Source: Macrostomum lignano (Eukaryota). Taken from it: a stretch of DNA of 64,000 nucleotides. Every line of letters starts with the position of its first letter. Within the stretch, counting starts at the first letter, position 1. Below the pieces are notes generated by a model. That model was not told the origin of the DNA. It saw only the letters and a program-made list of their open reading frames with translations, and ran no database searches. The translations under genes were made by a program, and so were the position numbers. Shown one piece after another: positions 28,101-39,797 of this stretch. The stretch is from the NCBI GenBank assembly GCA_002269645.1, contig NIVC01003971.1:1-64000 (forward strand). Direction: 5' to 3'.

Positions 28101-31100
28101 CATGATGAGGCTGGATTCCCACATCCCACTCCCATCATGATGAGGCTGAATTCCCACATCCCACTCCCATCATGATGAGGCTGGATTCCCACACCCCACT
28201 CCCATCATAATGAGGCTGGATTCCCACACCCCACTCCCATCATAATGAGGCTGGATTCCCACACCCCACTCCCATCATAATGAGGCTGGATTCCCAGACC
28301 CCACTCCCATCATAATGAGGCTGGATTCCCACACCCCACTCCCATCATAATGAGGCTGGATTCCCACATCCCACTCCCATCATGATGAGGCTGGATTCCC
28401 ACACCCCACTCCCATCATAATGAGGCTGGATTCCCAGACCCCACTCCCATCATAATGAGGCTGGATTCCCACACCCCACTCCCATCATAATGAGGCTGGA
28501 TTCCCACATCCCACTCCCATCATGATGAGGCTGGATTTCCACACCCCACTCCCATCATAATGAGGCTGGATTCTCAGATCCCACTCCCATCATGATGTGG
28601 CTGGATTCTCAGATCCCACTCCGATCATAATGAGGCTGGATTCTCTGATCCCACTCTCATCATGATGAGGCTGGATTCCCACATCCCACTCCCATCATGA
28701 TGAAGCTGGATTCCCACATCCCACTCTCATCATGATGAGGCTGCATTCCCTGATCCAATCAGCAGACCCAATCTCACTGAGCAATCATTCTGTCCCCCGC
28801 AGGCTCTGCTGTGCTCATCCGCCCTGTGCTCCGACAAGCCCTGCCGGCAGCACTGCCTGCTGGTGCGCGATCACGTCTGCTCCTCGGAGGTGAAGCTGCT
28901 CCGCCGCTTCCCCGACTGCGAGCTCTTTCCGGACGCCGACTCCGAGCCCGGCTGTCACGCCCGCTTCGACCTGGAGGCCGTCATGCTGCGGCACGCGCGG
29001 CCAGCGTCTGGTGCGCTCGAGTCCGACGACAGCACCAATACGAGAGGCTGCTTCTCCAGGAGGGATTTCTGGCGGGGCCTGTTTTACAGGGAGCCGAGCG
29101 ACAGAGCTGAGGTGGGCCGGAGGCGGAGACGCGTACAGCAGTCAGACAGACAGGCAGTTACAGACAAGTACAGCCAGGCTAGCAGATATAGACAGACAGG
29201 TCGATACAGACACAATCTGTTACAGACAGACACAAGCAATTACAGAGAGACACAAACAGACAAAAGCAATTACAGGAACAGGTACAAAAGACAAATGTTA
29301 CAGAGAGACAGACAAACAGACACAAAGTACTACAGAGAGACAGACACAAACAGAAAAGCAGTTACAGATGCACAGACAGCCACGAAGGCAGACCCAGACA
29401 CCCACACCAGCTCCTCGCCCCTTCCCGCAGGCGGTGCAGTCCGGCTGCGCCAAGTGGAGCTCCGCCGCCAACCGCCTGCTATCTGCTGACTACTTCACCA
29501 GCCTCCAAGACGCCGGCAGCGAGTGCCGCAACCCGGGCGCCCAGTTCCCCCGGCCGTCGTGCGTTGACAAATCGGACACTCGGTGAGGGTGGTGAAGATT
29601 TGGCGCTGCGCTTTTCTATCTTACCTCTTCCCTCTTAACTCAATTCTTAACTGTCGACTCCCCCAAAGGTTTTTCATCACCTGTCCGGTGCTGGAGTGTC
29701 CGGAGGACCAGCTGCCGCTCGGCTTGTCCGGCCTAGGCATGTCCGACCCCATAAGGACTGCCGTCATTGTTGCCGCTGTGGCCTTCGTGATCCTGCTGTG
29801 CTGCATCATCCTCGGAATCATGCTGCATAGGAGAAATGTGGCAAAGAGCAGCACCAAGGTTGGTTTCTGTATGTCTATGTGTCTGCTGTCTGTCTGCCGT
29901 CTGTTGAGCGTCTGTTGTGGCTCAAGGCAGTTTCCATGCTGACCTGCGAGGGGTAATAAATCCTCGCGTCTGTTGTGGCTCAAGGCAGCTTTTATGCTGA
30001 CCTGCGAGGGGTAATAAATCCTCGCGTCTGTTGTGGCTCAAGGCAGCTTCCATACTGACCTGCGAGGGGTAATAAATCCTCGCGTCTGTTGTGGCTCAAG
30101 GCAGCTTTTATGCTGACCTGCGAGGGGTAATAAATCCTCGCGTCTGTTGTGGCTCAAGGCAGTTTCCATGCTGACCTGCGAGGGGTAATAAATCCTCGCG
30201 TCTGTTGTGGCTCAAGGCAGTTTCCATGCTGACCTGCGAGGGGTAATAAATCCTCGCGTCTGTTGTGGCTCAAGGCAGCTTTTATGCTGACCTGCGAGGG
30301 GTAATAAATCCTCGCGTCTGTTGTGGCTCAAGGCAGCTTTTATGCTGACCTGCGAGGGGTAATAAATCCTCGCGTCTGTTGTGGCTCAAGGCAGCTTCCA
30401 TGCTGACCTGCGAGGGGTAATAAATCCTCGCGTCTGTTGTGGCTCAAGGCAGCTTCTATGCTGACCCGCGAGGGGTAATAAATCCCTGATCAAGTACTGA
30501 GTGTCTGTCTGTCTGTCTGTCTGTGTGTCTGTTTGTCTTTCTGTCTGTCGTCTGTCTCTCTGCTTGTCTGTCTGCCTGTCTGCTATTCAGGTAGCCAGTC
30601 CTCAGCAGCCAGTCCCACCCCGCAGGACCAGTGTGAGGAGTCGGTCAGCCTGGCCCAGAGCCACCAGCTGCTGTCAGGCGACCCGGGCGACCCCAACATG
30701 ATCATCCAGCGCAACGTGAAATTCGGACAGAAGACCCACCTGGCCAAAACCTACCCGAAGTGAGTGCTGTGGAATGGCTCTGCAGGGCAATCGGACATTA
30801 ATTCTAATACTCTATACAGGGCAGACTGACATTCTAATACTCTATGCAGGGCAGACTGACATTCTAATACTCTATGCAGGGCAGACTGACATTCTAATAC
30901 TCTATGCAGGGCAGACTGACATTCTAATACTCTATGCAGGGCAGACTGACATTCGAATACTCTATGCAGGGCAGACTGACATTCGAATACTCTATGCAGG
31001 GCAGACTGACATTCTAATACTCTATGCAGGGCAGACTGACATTCTAATACTCTATGCAGGGCAGACTGACATTCTAATACTCTATGCAGGGCGGACTGAC

Positions 31101-34100
31101 ATTCGAATACTCTATGCAGGGCAGACTGACATTCTAATACTCTATGCAGGGCAGACTGACATTCTAATACTCTATGCAGGGCAGACTGACATTCTAATAC
31201 TCTAGGCAGGGCGGACTGACATTCGAATACTCTAGGCAGGGCAGACTGACATTCTAATACTCTATGCAGGGCGGACTGACATTCGAATACTCTATGCAGG
31301 GCAGACTGACATTCTAATACTCTATGCAGGGCAGACTGACATTCTAATACTCTATGCAGGGCAGACTGACATTCTAATACTCTAGGCAGGGCGGACTGAC
31401 ATTCGAATACTCTATGCAGGGCAGACTGACATTCTAATACTCTATGCAGGGCAGACTGACATTCTAATACTCTATGCAGGGCAGACTGACATTCTAATAC
31501 TCTAGGCAGGGCGGACTGACATTCGAATACTCTAGGCAGGGCAGACTGACATTCTAATACTCTATGCAGGGCAGACTGACATTCGAATACTCTAGGCAGG
31601 GCGGACTGACATTCGAATACTCTAGGCAGGGCAGACTGACATTCTAATACTCTAGGCAGGGCGGACTGACATTCGAATACTCTAGGCAGGGCGGACTGAC
31701 ATTCGAATACTCTAGGCAGGGCGGACTGACATTCTAATACTCTAGGCAGGGCGGAATGAACAAAAGCTGCTGCGGTATTTCTGGGCCTGTTGGATCTGCA
31801 GCCTTTCTAGGAAATCTGACGGCTGATTGGTGCGCAGATTCTCGGGCTGGCACTCCAGGCACTCCAACTCTGGGAACCTCGCTCCTTTCTTAGAAAAGAA
31901 TGCACTGCAAGGATGGCTGCTACAGGCTAACTCTGACCGAATGCTCTCCTGCTTGTATCATGTTCTGCAGGCTCTCGCGTCGCATATTGCTGGCGCATTG
32001 AAATGCTGCTCTTTCTTGCTGGGAGGGGCAAGTCTTGCCGCTGCGCAATTCTCGCGGCTTTTTTGTCGCCTCAAGGTGGGTCACAAGCCCCGGAGCTGAA
32101 TTGTGCCCGTCATGGACTTCTAAGAGACTAGTATTGGACTGCGGGTGGGCAGCTCTCACTCTGCCCGCCGTGAAATTCTAGGTCTTAGACAAGAGCATAG
32201 TGTGGTTAGACAAGAGGGAAAGAGTGAGTTAGACAAGGGGATAGGGTGGGTTAGACATGGTAGATAGGGTGGGTTAGACAAGGGATAGGGTTGGTTAGAC
32301 ACGGTAGATAGGGTGGGTTAGACATGGTAGATAGGGTGGGTAGACATGGTAGATAGGGTGGGTTAGACAAGGGGATAGGGTGGGTTAGACATGGTAGATA
32401 GGGTGGGTAGACATGGTAGATAGGGTGGGTTAGACAAAGGGATAGGGTGGGTTAGACAAGAGGGATAGAGTGGGTTAGACATGGTAGATAGGGTGGGTTA
32501 GACAAGGTGTTAGAGGGTTAAACAAGAGGAATAGGGTGGGTTAGACATGGTAGATAGGGTGGGTTAGACAAGAGGATAGGGTGGGTTGGACAGGGGATAG
32601 GGCTGGCTGAGAGGTCAGACACAGCAGCTGGTGATCAGCTGAGTTGGCATGAGCAGTGCTCAGTCGCACAGCTGAAATCTGACTGAAGTGCCTGGCGCAG
32701 CCGCCAGCTGCAATGTGAGCCGCTTTGCAATTCTGTGCGGGTCAACGCATTTTAAAATTAAAGAGAGAAAAATATTAGCTTTGCAATGATGACAATAAGA
32801 GCTGCAGATAATAGCGCTGAGGTCAGAGAGGCTTTGATGAAGCAGAGCCAGGTGCACGGGCTGTAGGAGGCTGGGCTCGAGTAAAGTGATGAAGTGAGGC
32901 CGGTAGCAGTGCAGCGCAGTCAGGCAGCCCCAGAGTTCGCTGGCTTATTAGCACTTTGAGCGGGGGGGCATAAGCGAGGCCACTTCAGCCGCTGCTCAGC
33001 CTGCTTGGATACGGAGCGAATTGGATTCTAGCCTGCTTATGGAAATGAGTGCAGCTGTGTCAGTGTGGGGTTCTTCATTGATGGGAGTCAAAGATAAACT
33101 TTGTAGAATTCGAATAGGAAAACTTGAAGACCCAATCTCATGTTTGCAATTTTAGTCTTGCTTATAACTGAAGTTGGTCGATGCTGGCTTTCTGAAGAAG
33201 CGATTTCATGAACTGCGCAACATGCTTGCGTCTCTGAGGCCCTTAGAATTCCCCGATTGCGCACGAGACACGGAGCTCACAATAAGCTGAAGGTGTTGAA
33301 AACTATGGGACTGAGTTAAAAAGCTAAAAGATGCATTTTATTCTGCAGTACGAGCTGAGTAGCAAGTCTTCAAGCCTGCGAACCGAACCGACCTTCAAAA
33401 GTTACCTGCCCCAGGGGAGCGCTTTGCAGTTTGCGTATAAAAATCCTCAAGGAACTGGGTGCACTGATTTTGGGCGCGGTTTTGCTCGGAGACATGGCTT
33501 GTAACTAACCGCTAGGGGCTTCTGCTGCTCTTGGAAGAGACCCTGGGGCCGCTCTGATAGCGCTTATCTCAGTGCACACAGCGGACACAGAGCAGCTCAT
33601 CGCGGGTGGTCCCCTGCTTGAGCCTTCCCCGAGATTCCCCCCTCCTGACTTAATTTGGCAGCGAGCCAAGCTTCTGCATTTTATCTGCCTCTTATTACTC
33701 TCTGGGAATTAAAAAACAGGCTTCAAATTAGGCATGTGCAGTGGGTTTATTTTTAGCCGGCTCTTGTGCGACTGTTTCCTAGAAAATGTCCATTTAAGGC
33801 TTTTGGCTCTGTTTAGACGCCCTAAAAAGCCACTCAGTTTCCATTTGTTTTACTGGCAATTTTCATATTGCACTACTGGAAGTTGAACCTGCAGTAGAAA
33901 TGCATGAATATAACAGCTGTTATTGACCCGTGGTTTTAAATGTGCCGAATTTATTAGTAATATATTAAAAATCTTTGTTGAGAACTCTGAGAACGCATCC
34001 TCATTGACCGTTTCGACCTTCGAAGACTCGAGCGGCTGGCCTACTCGCACGACGACTTCGCCGATCTGGGCAAGATGATCGGCAAGGGCGCATTTTTCAC

Positions 34101-36183
34101 CGTGCACCTGGTTGAGACCACCAAGTACAAGGAGGCCAGGCCCGATATGCCCAAGCTGGTGGCGCTTAAAGTGCTGGATGAGACCGCCGATGACCAGATT
34201 GTGGAGTCATTCTTCTCCGAGGCTGAGCTGCTGCTGGGCATGGAGCACCGATATGTGATGCAGGTGAGCTGCTGCTTGCTCAGGGCCCGCTGCCTGTGTG
34301 CCATTTGTATGCCCAGTCCTGATGGAGCATCATTGGTATGGAATATCCCCACATTCTGCTTTGGAAAATCCCCATATTCTGCTATGGAATATCCCCACAT
34401 TCTGCTATGGAATATCCCCACATTCTGCTATGGAATATCCCCACATTCTGCTATGGAATATCCCACATTCTGCTATGGAATATCCCCACATTCTGCTATG
34501 GAATATCCCCACATTCTGCTATGGAATATCCCACATTCTGCTATGGAATATCTCATCCTCAGATAGCTTGCCACAATCTCTTGCCGCTCATAAACATCGA
34601 ACTTCCGTTTCTCGCACGCGGATGCAAGTCTGTGCGGTGCTGTGCCCCTGGCCAGTTTCCAGTGTTTAATTCAGTACGCGTGCTGTGCTAAAAATAGATC
34701 TGGCTTGACCCTCCTGTTGATGCTTGGGGCCTGCGCAGTTTATGCGCTTGTCAGGGCATCTGCCATCGGCTCTTTTGTGCGCCCTGTAAACAGCCGCAGG
34801 TTTTAAACAGTGCAGCCTTAGTAGATGTGCATCAGTTGCTGCTCAAGGCAGATTTATTATTGCACAGTCCTGACTGAAAATAAACTTGCACAATACTTAT
34901 TCTTGCATTGCGCTGTGTAAATATATACACTGACAAATAGTTGCTGCTATCCTGCCTGACTCGTGTTCTTGCTGCATTCGAACTGCACTGATTGATAAGG
35001 GCAGTGAGATGGCCCATTGATGAGGCTGAGCAGTGAGATAGAGCATTGATGAGGCTGAGCAGTGAGATGGAGTATTTATGAGGCTGAGCAGTGAGATGGA
35101 GTATTTATGAGGCTGAGCAGTGAGATGGAGCATTGATGAGGCTGAGCAGTGAGATGGAGCATTGATAAGGCTGAGCAGTGAGATGGAGCATTAATGAGGC
35201 TAAACAATAAGATGGGCAGGGTGGAAACTGAGCAGTGAAATGGAGTATTGATGAGGCTGAGCAGTGAGATGGCCAGGGTGGAAACTGAGCAGTGGGATAA
35301 ATATACATGATGCAGGAATGTTAAATCTGATCCCACCCTTTATGATAAAGCTGATCCCACCCCAGAGTGAGCATTCATCCCCACTGCAAAACACCTCGCA
35401 GGTGTTTGGCATCTGCGCCAGCACGCGGCCGTTCTGCCTGCTGGTGGAGTACTGCGAGTTCGGCGATCTGCAGACGCTGCTGCGCAACTCGGCCAAAGGC
35501 AAGTTCGGCCAGCCGGAGCAGCACTCGGCCGTTCCCAACGGCCGGCCTACAGCTGACCCGGCCGCCAATTCCGAGGCTATCGAACTCACGACCTCCGTGG
35601 CCGGCACTTCTGCCGAGGCTGCGACGGTGCCATCGGCGGCAGCGCCGGGCGAGTCGCAGCTGCGGCCGCTGCAGCTGGCCGACCTGCTGCGCATGGGCTC
35701 GCAGGTGGCGAACGCGCTGAGCTACATCAGCAAGCGGGGCCTGGTGTTCAGGGACCTGGCCAGCCGCAACATCCTGGTCACATCCGATTACGATATCCGG
35801 CTGGCCGACTTCGGCATGTGCCGCAAACTGCCGCTGGGCAACCGGGCGGCCTACGTGGTGTCGGGGTCGGAGTGCTTGCCCGTGCGCTGGCTGGCGCCCG
35901 AGACCGTGCGCGAGAGCCGCTTCTACCCGGAGTCGACGTGTACGCCTTCGGCGTGCTGCTGTGGGAGCTGTTCAGCATGGGCGAGCAGCCGTGGACCGGC
36001 TACTCAGTTGAGCAGGTGTGGGACATGAAGCTGCAGGAGCCGCCCAGCCTGCTGCCCAGGCCGGACAGGGCGCCAGACAATGTGTGGGCTCTGATGCGGG
36101 CCTGCTGGGCCCAGGCGCGGGCGGACAGGCCTGGCTTCAGCTCGCTCACCTACCAGCTGCACCAGGCCGCCACGCACTGCTGA
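25123..36183 (+). CDS. ROR/MuSK-family receptor tyrosine kinase (signal peptide, Ig-like domains, Frizzled CRD, kringle, TM, tyrosine kinase)
   Basis: Exons 25123-25634, 26475-26652, 27475-27816, 28803-29111, 29431-29582, 29669-29858, ~30599-30759, ~33992-34263 (phase with the previous exon unresolved) and 35402-36183 (1-nt deletion near 35935). CRD: CSSALCSDKPCRQHCLLVRDHVC...FPDCELFP. Kringle: CAKW...ECRNPG...PSC...CPVLEC. TM: TAVIVAAVAFVILLCCIILGIML. Kinase: IGKGAF, VALK, RDLASRN, DFGM, LPVRWLAPE, DVYAFGVLLWELFS. Confidence 0.88.
25636..26412. repeat. 32-bp intronic minisatellite, ~24 copies (RTK intron 1)
   Basis: Unit GAGTCTGATCCCAATGGAGCTCAAATTAGGCT; starts inside the GTGAGT donor. Confidence 0.95.
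26978..27434. repeat. 21-bp intronic minisatellite (RTK intron 2), with a second short block at ~26674-26750
   Basis: Unit GGGACTGAGTAGGGTGCTGTA, about 21 copies. Confidence 0.95.
27824..28748. repeat. 35-bp intronic minisatellite, ~26 copies (RTK intron 3)
   Basis: Unit GATGAGGCTGGATTCCCACATCCCACTCCCATCAT; starts ~7 nt after the donor. Confidence 0.95.
29140..29400. repeat. Degenerate (ACAG)n-rich tract (RTK intron 4)
   Basis: Repeated ACAGAC/ACAGAG words. Confidence 0.7.
29908..30485. repeat. 58-bp intronic minisatellite, 10 copies, each with AATAAA in a hairpin loop (RTK intron after the TM exon)
   Basis: Unit [58 protein letters not shown], period 58. Confidence 0.95.
30785..31755. repeat. 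30-bp intronic minisatellite, ~32 copies
   Basis: Unit CAGGGCAGACTGACATTCTAATACTCTATG. Confidence 0.95.
32185..32600. repeat. ~21-23-bp G-rich degenerate minisatellite
   Basis: Unit approx GATAGGGTGGGTTAGACATGGTA. Confidence 0.85.
34335..34552. repeat. 22/23-bp intronic minisatellite, ~10 copies
   Basis: Unit CTGCTATGGAATATCCCCACATT. Confidence 0.92.
34999..35295. repeat. 29-bp intronic minisatellite, ~9 copies
   Basis: Unit ATTGATGAGGCTGAGCAGTGAGATGGAGC. Confidence 0.9.
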
Positions 36184-36881
36184 CCGGCTGCTGACTGCCT
36201 TACTGACGTTCTGAGTTAGGGTTTTACTGATGTGCAGCCTCTCGAGAGTGGCTGCGTTGGTTTGCTTGCTATATTCGGTCACAGAGCACTGTGAACTGCT
36301 CAAACTGGGGTTCGTGCCGGGCCACAGGGAGACTCTTTGTTCGCCTCGCTTGCCTGACAGCTCACGGCAAGAATTCCAGCCGAAATCTTCCACCTTTGAC
36401 CTATCAGAATAGCGGACTAGGCGAAGCGAACAAAGAGTCTTACTTTACCGAGCCTTGCTCGCCAACTGTACATACCTGCACTGCCGTCATGTCGCTCATT
36501 CCAGCTGCCTTTGCGGCCCTACTGCCAACTGTCACTCATGTACATACCTAAGCTCGTGTGCTCAGCAGCCTGCTCAGCGCTTGTTGAATTCCTTTGTATG
36601 TATTCCTGAAGCTATTGGGCTGGCCGCGTGCCGCCTTCATCACACTGCTCACCGCTCACTGGCTTTTTTATCAAATTGAGTTCTTTGTATTCTGTGTTTA
36701 CCTTTTTTATTTAGTTTTTACGTGTTGTGTTGCAAAATCTTAAGTGTAAGACTCTTTTTAGGCTCAAAATCCAGCACTTTTTGGGGACCGGCCTGCTTTG
36801 CTTTTAGCCTTTTTGTTCTGACTGATGCTTTGCCTGAGTGTCTACTCAATTTATAAATAAATTGCCCCTCAGGCTTTTGAG

Positions 36882-37535
36882 AAATGACTCCTGAAGTTTC
36901 AAATGAGTCACCCCTAAAGTTTCAAATGAGTCACCCCTGAAGTTTCAAATGAGTCACCCCTGAAGTTTCAAATGAGTCACCCCTGAAGTTTCAAATGAGT
37001 CACCCCTGAAGTTTCAAATGAGTTACCCCTGAAGTTTCAAATGAGTCACCCCTGAAGTTTCAAATGAGTCACCCCTGAAGTTTCAAATGAGTCACCCCTG
37101 AAGTTTCAAATAAGTCACCCTGAAGTTTCAAATGAGTTATCCCTGAAGTTTCAAATGAGTCACCCCTGAAGTTTCAAATGAGTCACCCCTGAAGTTTCAA
37201 ATGAGTCACCCCTAAAGTTTCAAATGAGTCACCCCTGAAGTTTCAAATGAGTCACCCCTGAAGTTTCAAATGAGTTACCCCTGAAGTTTCAAATGAGTCA
37301 CCCCTGAAGTTTCAAATGAGTCACCCCTGAAGTTTCAAATGAGTCACCCCTGAAGTTTCAAATAAGTCACCCTGAAGTTTCAAATGAGTTATCCCTGAAG
37401 TTTCAAATGAGTCACCCCTGAAGTTTCAAATGAGTCACCCCTGAAGTTTCAAATGAGTCACCCCTGAAGTTTCAAATGAGTCACCCCTGAAGTTTCAAAT
37501 GAGTTATCCCTAAAGTTTCAGATGAGTACCCTGAA
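36882..37535. repeat. 23-bp intergenic minisatellite, ~28 copies, most containing TGAGTCA
   Basis: Unit GAGTCACCCCTGAAGTTTCAAAT; a block of variant units recurs ~250 bp apart. Confidence 0.95.
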
Positions 37536-38299
37536 GCTTAAGTTGAATGTACACGTAGGCTCTAAAGTTTGTCTTAATGATCCTGAAGCTTTAGCTTTAG
37601 CCTGAAGTGTGAATTGAGTGCCCCCCATAAGCATCGAAAAGGCCCGGAGCCTCCAGTGTGCTTTTTTGAGCCAAGTGTCCTCAGAGTTTTCGCAAGCGCA
37701 GCCGCTGAGATGGCTAATATTGGCCCTGAAGTTACTGAGATGATTCCTAAAGCTCAATTTCTGTAAGTCCGATTCGCCTTATTTTGCGCTCTGCTTTTGC
37801 TGTCCGTCTTTTTTGCAAATCAACAGATTTTCCTCCTTGGTGCTGCTCAGACCAAATGCCAGGCACTCCATCAGTTTTGTTTTTTCCCATTTTCCGCCGC
37901 GTGCCCGGCTGTTCCGTGATGCAGCTCTGCAGCTTGAGATTGTCGCCAGGCATTCCCATCTGATGGTCCAACTGCCCACCTGCTAATTAAAGTGCCCATT
38001 TTTATTTGCATATTTTTACTGCTGTGTTAAATGCCCTGCCAACTCGCTCCCGAATTCACTAATTAAACTGTACCAGCGTTGCTGGGGCCTGTGTGGCTTT
38101 TGATTGACTCCACTGCCTTTGGCTGTTCATTTTTTATTAACCTAGAAGTTCACCCGTACCGTTGCTAGGCAGATAAACCCGCTGCGTTCATCTGATAGCG
38201 GCTTGGCTGCCCGCGTGACAGCCGCCTCTGTGGCTTCTCGATTGCTTATCGGGGCTTTTTCTGCTTGCAGCTTTTCTCTGCAATTTTGCATTCTCGTAT

Positions 38300-39060
38300 C
38301 CTGGTCCCCCCCTGCCCCCCTGCCCTGCTCCCCTGTCCCCCTGTCCCCCCTGCCCTCTGCTCCCCTGTCCCCCTGCCCTCTGCTCCCCTGTCTCCTTCTG
38401 TCCCCTCTGCTTCCCTGTCTCCTCTGCTCCCCTGTCCCCTCTGCTTTCCTGTCCCCTCTGCTCCCCTGTCCCCTCTGCTCCCCTGTCCCCTCTGCTCCCC
38501 TGTCCCCTCTGCTTCCCTGCCCCCCTGTCCCCTCTGATTCCCTGCCCCCCTGTCCCCTCTGCTCCCCTGTCCCATCTGCTTCCCTGCCCCCCTGTCCCCT
38601 CTGATTCCCTGCCCCCCTGTCCCCTCTGCTCCCCTGTCCCCTCTGCTCCCCTGTCCCCTCTGCTCCCCTGTCCTCTCTGCTCCCCTGTCCCCTCTGCTCC
38701 CCTGTCCCCTCTGCTCCCCTGTCCCCTCTGCTCCCCTGTCCCCTCTGCTCCCCTGTCCTCTCTGCTCCCCTGTCCCTCTGCTCCCCTGTCCCTCTGCTTT
38801 CCTGTCCCCTCTGCTCCCCTGTCCCCTCTGCTCCCCTGTCCCCTCTGCTCCCCTGTCCCCTCTGCTCCCCTGTCCCCTCTGCTTTCCTGTCCCCTCTGCT
38901 CCCCTGTCCTCTCTGCTCCCCTGTCCTCTCTGCTCCCCTGTCCCCTCTGCTCCCCTGTCCTCTCTGCTCCCCTGTCCCCTCTGCTCCCCTGTCCCCTCTG
39001 CTCCCCTGTCCCCTCTGTCCCCTCTGATTCCCTGTCCCCTTGTCCCCTCCTTCCCCTCTG
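38300..39060. repeat. C/T-rich ~18-20-bp minisatellite (G-rich on the minus strand)
   Basis: Unit approx CTGCTCCCCTGTCCCCT. Confidence 0.92.
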
Positions 39061-39797
39061 TTCCCCCTCTGCTCTTTCTCCTTTCTGCCCTGTCTGTCCC
39101 CTTTGCCCCTCCGCATCATTAGGAACCAAATGTTCTCCCTTCCTCGCCAAGAGAGGGGAGACCGGCCTCTCTTGGCGCTTGGGGAATTCTCCCTTCCCCG
39201 CCCGTTCAATCTTGTAAAGTCTTGTTTCATTTCAACGCTGACGTCAGCCGTGCGGCACTCAAAAGTGCGGCTGTGCCTAATTGAGCAGAGCTCTGCAGTT
39301 TAGAAATAAAGTTCTCATTGCCGTGCGGACCAGGCTCAGCTGCGAGTAAAAGTGCAAATTTAGTGGTGCACCTTCCCGCATCTCGGTCTCATTCCGTGTA
39401 GCTGTAGTTTAATTACTGTTATCTGTGTTCAAGCCGCAGGCTGCTGGCTTTATTAATTATTCAGCAAGTTTTCTCCTCGATCGGGGCTCACAGCTGCAGT
39501 TAATGAAGTCGAATTCATTAGAGGCGAAGGCGGTGAATAATGCATGCGGGCTGGCATTGGCTGGCCGCGCACTGACTCACGCTGGGGCAGGGGGGCATTC
39601 GCTGCCTGTAAGTGTAGCCCATAGTCACGTGTGTGGGCGGCACAACAGCGCAGTGAGTGGCGCCAGCATAGAAAAACACGCACACTGGCCAAGCCGGCCC
39701 CCTTATTGCGCTCTCTGCTCTGCCATACTGACTCAACCCGCATCTGTGTGTTGCAGTAGCAGCCATCGGATTCTCCAGCTGGCCGACTATCCAGGCC

